Positions 9,646 to 16,659 of a DNA stretch of 64,000 bases are shown in pieces (position 1 is the stretch's first letter; each line of letters opens with the position of its first letter). The notes under the pieces are model-generated. The model searched no databases. It was not told the DNA's origin and saw only the letters and a program-made list of their open reading frames with translations. A program made the position numbers and the translations under genes. Origin of the DNA: Candidatus Poribacteria bacterium (GTDB lineage: Bacteria; Poribacteria; WGA-4E; WGA-3G); assembly GCA_964291315.2 (NCBI GenBank), contig OZ219753.1, positions 832,001-896,000 on the forward strand. Reading direction: 5' to 3'.

Positions 9646-10638
9646 CTAGAAGGCCGAGTGGTTTGCGTTAGTGTTTCGGCTGCTGTCTAACGCCTCTTGG
9701 AATGCGGTGAGGCTTTCTGTCTGGAGTGCCTCTCTGCGGAGCGCCTTGAGGCGGGGCAGGGCGTGGATCTGCTGGAGTGTGGTTGCCACCTCTGATAAGG
9801 TGCTGCCGCTGAACCGCAGTTCCAAGGTCTCGAGGATGCCTTCTATCAGGCTCTCTCGGGTGCCTTGCTCTCTGCCTTCCTCTCTGCCTTCCTCTCTACC
9901 GCGCTCTATGCCGCGTTCAATGCCTTGCTGAAGGAAATGTTGAATAACCGATGACTCTTGCATGATCGCCTCCATTATCGTCTCACGAATCGAGGAATAC
10001 TCAAATATCAATCCGCTCAGAATGCCTAAATCTGTCAAATACTCACCTTTTGATACACTCTCCGCATACACTGACTCCGCAACCGATACACACCGCCGAA
10101 GCCACGCATCGCCCGACGACGCATCCGCCGAGGGACGCATCAACGGCGTAAACGGGATCAAACCTTTCACACCCGCATCCAGAAAATGAGAGCCTTCTAT
10201 ATCATACAGACGGATCACCTTGTAGCCGATGCGCACCTCATACCCAGGAGCCGATTGCACATACGCTCCAGGATCCCGCCGGCCCGCACGCGGATGCAGG
10301 TAGATGACGTGTGAGTAAATCGGGAGTTGAAACTGCTCTATGCCCCTGCCGATGTAGCCCGCCATCCGATACTGCATCGGCACTGCTCCGCTATCCCGCG
10401 TCTGTATCTCCAAATGCACAATCGCAGGCTCGCCACCCAGACGCACCTCTATGAAACTATCGGCTCTGTTTGATTGGATGGTGGGCTGCTCGGTCTCTAA
10501 GACGCGGATTGCCTCCACGTCTGCTGTGCCGAGGGCGAACTCTGTCCAATCTTGTGGGTTTTGATGGATAATCGCTTTGGAAACAGTATCATATTGGCTA
10601 TGGCGCTTAGGCGTTGAACGCTCTTTTTGCTCTCTCAT
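9646..10638 (-). CDS. Rpn/YhgA-like PD-(D/E)xK nuclease family protein, copy 1
   Basis: YD.VSK, RADS...VHLEIQ, MQYRMAGY, MQESSVIQ plus GIER/GREE repeats, LELRF tail. Confidence 0.85.
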   Translation of the reverse strand: MREQKERSTPKRHSQYDTVSKAIIHQNPQDWTEFALGTADVEAIRVLETEQPTIQSNRADSFIEVRLGGEPAIVHLEIQTRDSGAVPMQYRMAGYIGRGIEQFQLPIYSHVIYLHPRAGRRDPGAYVQSAPGYEVRIGYKVIRLYDIEGSHFLDAGVKGLIPFTPLMRPSADASSGDAWLRRCVSVAESVYAESVSKGEYLTDLGILSGLIFEYSSIRETIMEAIMQESSVIQHFLQQGIERGIERGREEGREEGREQGTRESLIEGILETLELRFSGSTLSEVATTLQQIHALPRLKALRREALQTESLTAFQEALDSSRNTNANHSAF

Positions 10639-10695
10639 AGTAGCTGGAATGCTCGGGCGCTCCTTTCTCTTAGCAGGAGTGAGTGTATATGGTAT

Positions 10696-10725
10696 AGTCT
10701 ACCACACACCGATTGCAGAAGTCAA
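10696..10725 (-). promoter_or_regulatory. Promoter of Rpn copy 1 (same sequence upstream of copies 2 and 3)
   Basis: Minus strand TTGACT-18 nt-TAGACT. Confidence 0.55.
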
Positions 10726-10906
10726 ATACAAAACGAAATATCTCTATGAGTGGTGCTCATCTATCTTCCACTGGGCGTGTCTGCTGGTAACACAGCGTTG
10801 CACTATGCGGTGTTGTTGGAGCGTCCCGCTATAGTGGAGCTGTTGCTGGCACATCCGCTAGCTCGGACTATGGCAGCTCGTCTCAGGCACAACCTAACAG
10901 GTTATG

Positions 10907-11923
10907 CTAGAAGGCCGAGTGGTTTGCGTTTGTGTTTCGGCTGCTGTCTAACGCCTCTTGGAATGCGGTGAGGCTTTCTGTCTGGAGTGCCTCTCTGCGG
11001 AGTGCCTTGAGGCGGGGCAGGGCGTGGATCTGCTGGAGTGTGGCTGCCACCTCTGATAAGGTGCTGCCGCTGAACCGCAGTTCCAAGGTCTCGAGGATGC
11101 CTTCTATCAGGCTCTCTCGGGTGCCTTGCTCTCTGCCTTCCTCTCTGCCTTCCTCTCTACCGCGCTCTATGCCGCGTTCAATGCCTTGCTCTATGCCGCG
11201 TTCAATGCCTTGCTGAAGGAAATGTTGAATAACCGATGACTCTTGCATGATCGCCTCCATTATCGTCTCACGAATCGAGGAATACTCAAATATCAATCCG
11301 CTCAGAATGCCTAAATCTGTCAAATACTCACCTTTTGATACACTCTCCGCATACACTGACTCCGCAACCGATACACACCGCCGAAGCCACGCATCGCCCG
11401 ACGACGCATCTGCCGAGGGACGCATCAACGGCGTAAACGGGATCAAACCTTTCACACCCGCATCCAGAAAATGAGAGCCCTCTATATCATACAGACGGAT
11501 CACTTTGTAGCCGATGCGCACCTCATACCCAGGAGCCGATTGCACATACGCTCCAGGATCCCGCCGGCCCGCACGCGGATGCAGGTAGATCACGTGTGAG
11601 TAAATCGGGAGTTGAAACTGCTCTATGCCCCTGCCGATGTAGCCCGCCATCCGATACTGCATCGGCACCGTGCCGCTATCCCGCGTCTGTATCTCCAAAT
11701 GCACAATCGCAGGCTCGCCACCCAGACGCACCTCTATGAAACTATCGGCTCTGTTTGATTGGACGGTCGGCTGCTCGGTCTCTAAGATGCGGATTGCCTC
11801 CACGTCTGCTGTGCCGAGGGCGAACTCTGTCCAATCTTGTGGGTTTTGATGGATAATCGCTTTGGAAACAGTATCATATTGGCTATGGCGCTTAGGCGTT
11901 GAACGCTCTTTTTGCTCTCTCAT
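10907..11923 (-). CDS. Rpn family protein, copy 2
   Basis: As copy 1, +8 aa of repeat, with a few substitutions (RILE, PTVQ, SGTV). Confidence 0.85.
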   Translation of the reverse strand: MREQKERSTPKRHSQYDTVSKAIIHQNPQDWTEFALGTADVEAIRILETEQPTVQSNRADSFIEVRLGGEPAIVHLEIQTRDSGTVPMQYRMAGYIGRGIEQFQLPIYSHVIYLHPRAGRRDPGAYVQSAPGYEVRIGYKVIRLYDIEGSHFLDAGVKGLIPFTPLMRPSADASSGDAWLRRCVSVAESVYAESVSKGEYLTDLGILSGLIFEYSSIRETIMEAIMQESSVIQHFLQQGIERGIEQGIERGIERGREEGREEGREQGTRESLIEGILETLELRFSGSTLSEVAATLQQIHALPRLKALRREALQTESLTAFQEALDSSRNTNANHSAF

Positions 11924-12191
11924 AGTAGCTGGAATGCTCGGGCGCTCCTTTCTCTTAGCAGGAGTGAGTGTATATGGTATAGTCTACCACACACCGATTG
12001 CAGAAGTCAAATACAAAACGAAATATCTCTATGAGTGGTGCTCATCTATCTTCCACTGGGCGTGTCTGCTGGTAACACAGCGTTGCACTATGCGGTGTTG
12101 TTGGAGCGTCCCGCTATAGTGGAGCTGTTGCTGGCACATCCGCTAGCTCGGACTATGGCAGCTCGTCTCAGGCACAACCTAACAGGTTATG

Positions 12192-13220
12192 CTAGAAGGC
12201 CGAGTGGTTTGCGTTTGTGTTTCGGCTGCTGTCTAACGCCTCTTGGAATGCGGTGAGGCTTTCTGTCTGGAGTGCCTCTCTGCGGAGTGCCTTGAGGCGG
12301 GGCAGGGCGTGGATCTGCTGGAGTGTGGCTGCCACCTCTGATAAGGTGCTGCCGCTGAACCGCAGTTCCAAGGTCTCGAGGATGCCTTCTATCAGGCTCT
12401 CTCGGGTGCCTTGCTCTCTGCCTTCCTCTCTGCCTTCCTCTCTGCCTTCCTCTCTACCGCGCTCTATGCCGCGTTCAATGCCTTGCTCTATGCCGCGTTC
12501 AATGCCTTGCTGAAGGAAATGTTGAATAACCGATGACTCTTGCATGATCGCCTCCATTATCGTCTCACGAATCGAGGAATACTCAAATATCAATCCGCTC
12601 AGAATGCCTAAATCTGTTAGATACTCACCTTTTGATACACTCTCCGCATACACTGACTCCGCAACCGATACACACCGCCGAAGCCACGCATCGCCCGACG
12701 ACGCATCCGCCGAGGGACGCATCAACGGCGTAAACGGGATCAAACCTTTCACACCCGCATCCAGAAAATGAGAGCCTTCTATATCATACAGACGGATCAC
12801 CTTGTAGCCGATGCGCACCTCATACCCAGGAGCCGATTGCACATACGCTCCAGGATCCCGCCGGCCCGCACGCGGATGCAGGTAGATGACGTGAGAGTAA
12901 ATCGGGAGTTGAAACTGCTCGATGCCCCTGCCGATGTAGCCCGCCATCCGATACTGCATCGGCACTGCTCCGCTGTCCCGCGTCTGTATCTCCAAATGCA
13001 CAATCGCAGGCTCGCCGCCCAGACGCACCTCTATGAAACTATCGGCTCTGTTTGATTGGATGGTGGGCTGCTCGGTCTCTAAGACGCGGATTGCCTCCAC
13101 GTCTGCTGTGCCGAGTGCGAACTCTGTCCAATCTTGTGGGTTTTGATGGATAATCGCCTTGGAAACAGTATCATATTGGCTATGGCGCTTAGGCGTTGAA
13201 CGCTCTTTTTGCTCTCTCAT
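12192..13220 (-). CDS. Rpn family protein, copy 3
   Basis: As copy 1, +12 aa of repeat, with synonymous differences. Confidence 0.85.
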   Translation of the reverse strand: MREQKERSTPKRHSQYDTVSKAIIHQNPQDWTEFALGTADVEAIRVLETEQPTIQSNRADSFIEVRLGGEPAIVHLEIQTRDSGAVPMQYRMAGYIGRGIEQFQLPIYSHVIYLHPRAGRRDPGAYVQSAPGYEVRIGYKVIRLYDIEGSHFLDAGVKGLIPFTPLMRPSADASSGDAWLRRCVSVAESVYAESVSKGEYLTDLGILSGLIFEYSSIRETIMEAIMQESSVIQHFLQQGIERGIEQGIERGIERGREEGREEGREEGREQGTRESLIEGILETLELRFSGSTLSEVAATLQQIHALPRLKALRREALQTESLTAFQEALDSSRNTNANHSAF

Positions 13221-13484
13221 AGTAGCTGGAATGCTCGGGCGCTCCTTTCTCTTAGCAGGAGTGAGTGTATATGGTATAGTCTACCACACACCGATTGCAG
13301 AAGTCAAATACAAAACGAAATATCTCTATGAGTGGTGCTCATCTATCTTCCACTGGGCGTGTCTGCTGGTAACACGGCGTTGCACTATGCGGTGTTGCTG
13401 GAGCATCCTCACGTAGTGGAGCTGTTGCTGGCACATCCGCTAGCTCGGACTATGGCAGCTCGTCTCAGGCACAACCTAATAGGT

Positions 13485-13591
13485 TATGCTACAAGTGCGG
13501 GTTATTATGGAACAAAAGCGCCTCTCTAAAACTTTTTCAAACGCATGTTATTTTAGCAGAAATTCAGAAATATCTCAAGTGGTAATTTGGA
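13485..13591. repeat. ~105-bp direct repeat, copy B
   Basis: Matches 8583-8685; overlaps the intact REP at 13469-13492. Confidence 0.9.
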
Positions 13592-13600
13592 CTTACAAGG

Positions 13601-16510
13601 CTAGGACTCAGCGAATTTAACCTTAGATTTTTTTCCGCCGTGGATGCTCGGCTCTTGGCATAGCATTTTGCGGAGGAGGGCAAGCCCCTCGTGAACGTCC
13701 GGGCGTTCTTCCTCCGTTATACAGAGCACCTCCGATAACAGCCGTCGATCCAATTCATGACGGACAGGGTCGGAGTCTATCTCATTAAACGGTAACATTT
13801 TCTGACGCTTCAGCTCGTTGAAAACCTGTTTCGCGCTTGTGAGAGATTCGTCGGAGAGCGCCTGGACATCCAACGTGGGCATGGCGTTAAAAGTGGCACG
13901 ACTTAGGATTCCGCGCCCTTGCTGCTGCTTGCTGCTCCGATACCAATGACAAAGCAGACCGAACGTTGAATTGCACCACAACGTCCATGCATATTCATAA
14001 ATTTTGTTGTCAAAAACAACATTCGGGAGTTTGTTGACACCGATAACATTTTGTTCTGTGAACATCTGTATGAGCGAATTGGCATTAAACTGCAATTCCA
14101 TATTGTAATGGGCTCGTCCGTTTAATCTCATGATTTTCTGAACTTTTTCAGCGGAGTTTGGGCGCGGTTGGGCGTGGGAATCTGGTTGAACGAGCATTGC
14201 CCGCTGGGAGTCTGAATTTGAATCTAGATGCCACAAGCATGGATATATGGCGGTATCAGGGCATCCCTTTTGCACGTCAAACGCTCCTCTGCCGCCGCCG
14301 CCTTTTATATCACTTCCGCCAATACCTAGCGTCCCGATTGCTGAAACTGGACATATAGCGATTTGAATATCTGAGGTTTGTCGGGGAGTCCGTATTAGTC
14401 CGTTGGCGAGAGCGTGAGCTGTCTGGACGACGTTCATGTCTTTAACCCGTGAAAGGGGCCATCCTGCATCTGCTTGAGCGATAGGGGCGGCTATTGCATG
14501 TCCAATAATCTCATCGCCTATGTGGAGGGGTTCGCCGCCACTAAGGGTGTCGTCCAGCTGGCGGATATTTTTCAACCTATGGAATTCTTTCGCGACTTCT
14601 AACGCTTCCAATTCACCGTGCGGGCATCGCGTGAGACAGACGAATGTGCCGTGTCCTGTATTTTTACGTTTCCCTTTTTTCGCGACGACGAGGCATTCCG
14701 CCATATTGGTATCTGCTGAGAAGGCGCATTTTTCAATTTCCTCGTGTGCGATAGTGATGACAAGCACATCGTGATATTCTTCTGCCCACAACCTTCGGAC
14801 CTTCTTCCAACTATCTCCGGTGATAGCTGGGACAGGCAGTACAAATGCCATTGAACCGTTGCGTTTCAGCATTCTGTCTGCCAAATCAACGAAGTCTGGT
14901 CCCGCTCCTGGGTTGTTCCCGGTAAGTCGACGTCCCTGCGCCATTCGCGATGCACGCATTGCTGCAGCTTCTTTTTGGTCGGCGAAAATATTTTTGAGGA
15001 TATTAGTGTTACTATCGGCACCGCTCCGTGTGTAGGGTGGATTTTGGATGACGATGTCAAATTCGTTATGTTTGAAGGCGTCGCGCAGGTCGGTGGTTTC
15101 GGAGCCTTTTCCGGTGGCGGTTTCGGTTGCGCCGAGGTTTAAAGGGAGCGTGCCTGCTGGGTCGCTGAGCAGGTTAAGTGCGCCGATGGCGTAAAGTCCG
15201 TCGGCGCGTTGGGTGCCGTAGGGCATTGTGTGGATGCGCGTGCCGCCGATGCGGACGTCGGGATAGGTACTTGCGATGATGGATGCGGTCAGGTGTGCTG
15301 CGTTCGGTAGGATGTCGCATCCGACGAGATTGTTTTCCATCATATATTGATGGATGGTTTCCGCGTTGCCGCCGGCTTGTTCGTAAAGCATGAGTAGGCG
15401 TTGATAGACGCCGTTGAGGAGTGATCCTGTGCCGCAGGCGAAGTCTGCGATTTTAATTTTTTTAGGGTCTTTTGTGAGTTCTGGTAATGCGAGTGCGGAG
15501 AGGAGAGCAGAGGATTCGGGTCGCGTGTAGTTGGCTTTGAGAATTTTTCGGTTGTCGATGAGTTTCTGGAACACAATGCCGGCGAGTTCATGTTCTTGTG
15601 CGAGTCCCATTTTTTCTAGTTCGCGTGCGGTATCTCGCAGTACGCTGAGGATCTCGCCGACGAGTCTGTCGTCGGCTGCGAGTGTTTCGACGAGAGTGTA
15701 GGCGACGTTAAAAATTGGGGCGTAGTTAACTTTTTGGATTTCGCGCCATGCGCGGAGTACTTCGTCTGAGTCGAGGTGTCCGTAGGTTGTGGTAAATTCG
15801 CTGAGGGAGGGGACGTTTTCCAGGTCTGGTTTTCGGGCGATGGAGCTCTGGAAGACGAGTGCGTTGCTGATAATCAACATCGCCATTTGGGTTGTTTGTT
15901 CGCCGGGTTCTTGTATAAGGAGTTGGGCTATTTTTTCGCCGATATGGGGTCGGTGTTGGATGGCGGTGTTGACGATAACGGCTGCGCGATAGATACCGTT
16001 TTCGAGTAGTGCTGCGGCTTCCTCAATTTTAGCGATAGGCGTTGCGCCGATTCGGATGGCTGTTGCGATGTCTGCGATTCGTCCTTTAAGCCATCCTTCT
16101 CTTGGGAATCTGTCGGGCGTTTCAAGACTGAGCAGGACGTACTTGAAGTCGTCGGTGCTTTTTAAGTGCTCTTGGATGTCGTGGCGTGGCATTGTGCGGA
16201 ATCTGTGCGGAATGCGGATTGCTATTGCACTAGCAACGGTTTCGAGGGTGGTGCGGAGGGTTTTGCCGAGGTAATGTTCGCGTGCCTGCTCTATGCCGGT
16301 TTCGTTGGAAGTGTGCTTAGGGTCGATTTTTACTTCGACCGCCATCGGATAGCGTTCGACTGTGCGGATAATTATATCGGGTTTCCGCTGATTTTCGACG
16401 AGCGGTTTTGTTGTTTGTTCGTAAATGCGCCAGGTGGTGCTCATCGGCATTAGGTGTTCGACGAATAGGGTTGTGATGGTGTCTTCGCTGTTGGTGTGTT
16501 GGCGGTTCAT
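13601..16510 (-). CDS. Single-chain restriction-modification enzyme (Type IIG/IIL-like, amino-methyltransferase)
   Basis: N-terminal KPD...VEVK nuclease motif, motif I DFACGTG, motif IV NPPY, C-terminal TRD-sized region. Confidence 0.8.
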   Translation of the reverse strand: MNRQHTNSEDTITTLFVEHLMPMSTTWRIYEQTTKPLVENQRKPDIIIRTVERYPMAVEVKIDPKHTSNETGIEQAREHYLGKTLRTTLETVASAIAIRIPHRFRTMPRHDIQEHLKSTDDFKYVLLSLETPDRFPREGWLKGRIADIATAIRIGATPIAKIEEAAALLENGIYRAAVIVNTAIQHRPHIGEKIAQLLIQEPGEQTTQMAMLIISNALVFQSSIARKPDLENVPSLSEFTTTYGHLDSDEVLRAWREIQKVNYAPIFNVAYTLVETLAADDRLVGEILSVLRDTARELEKMGLAQEHELAGIVFQKLIDNRKILKANYTRPESSALLSALALPELTKDPKKIKIADFACGTGSLLNGVYQRLLMLYEQAGGNAETIHQYMMENNLVGCDILPNAAHLTASIIASTYPDVRIGGTRIHTMPYGTQRADGLYAIGALNLLSDPAGTLPLNLGATETATGKGSETTDLRDAFKHNEFDIVIQNPPYTRSGADSNTNILKNIFADQKEAAAMRASRMAQGRRLTGNNPGAGPDFVDLADRMLKRNGSMAFVLPVPAITGDSWKKVRRLWAEEYHDVLVITIAHEEIEKCAFSADTNMAECLVVAKKGKRKNTGHGTFVCLTRCPHGELEALEVAKEFHRLKNIRQLDDTLSGGEPLHIGDEIIGHAIAAPIAQADAGWPLSRVKDMNVVQTAHALANGLIRTPRQTSDIQIAICPVSAIGTLGIGGSDIKGGGGRGAFDVQKGCPDTAIYPCLWHLDSNSDSQRAMLVQPDSHAQPRPNSAEKVQKIMRLNGRAHYNMELQFNANSLIQMFTEQNVIGVNKLPNVVFDNKIYEYAWTLWCNSTFGLLCHWYRSSKQQQGRGILSRATFNAMPTLDVQALSDESLTSAKQVFNELKRQKMLPFNEIDSDPVRHELDRRLLSEVLCITEEERPDVHEGLALLRKMLCQEPSIHGGKKSKVKFAES

Positions 16511-16571
16511 GCGAATTCCTTTGCGCAGGTTGATAGGTTATGCTGCAAGGGCGGTCTCTGCTGCAAGACGG

Positions 16572-16614
16572 TTAAAAGACGTTGGGGGTGAAACGTGCGT
16601 TCCACCCCCAACGT
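16572..16614 (-). terminator. Intrinsic terminator after the lamin-tail gene
   Basis: 12-bp perfect inverted repeat acgttgggggtg/cacccccaacgt followed by CTTTT on the minus strand. Confidence 0.75.
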
Positions 16615-16659
16615 TCGGTTAGTTTTAGATGTGTATTATCTGTGTTAACGCAGTGTCTG

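Larger units (their letters stand above)
9496..13491. repeat. Tandem array: four ankyrin-fragment+REP segments bracketing three Rpn modules
   Basis: Unit periods 1261, 1285 and 1297 bp with a constant 268-bp spacer; length differences lie in the Rpn C-terminal repeats. Confidence 0.95.

Noticed and set aside
9496-13491. Diversity-generating retroelement TR/VR pair
   Set aside because: No reverse transcriptase in the window, and differences between copies are not adenine-specific
9626-13492. Integron attC sites (minus strand GCATAAC..GTTAGGT right after the stop codons)
   Set aside because: The R''/R'-like boxes are only 2 nt apart, with no L boxes and no integrase; far too short for attC
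10750-13529. Mini ankyrin ORFs (10750, 12035, 13332) as real genes
   Set aside because: A single partial repeat, no clear RBS, and two run antisense into Rpn; treated as relics
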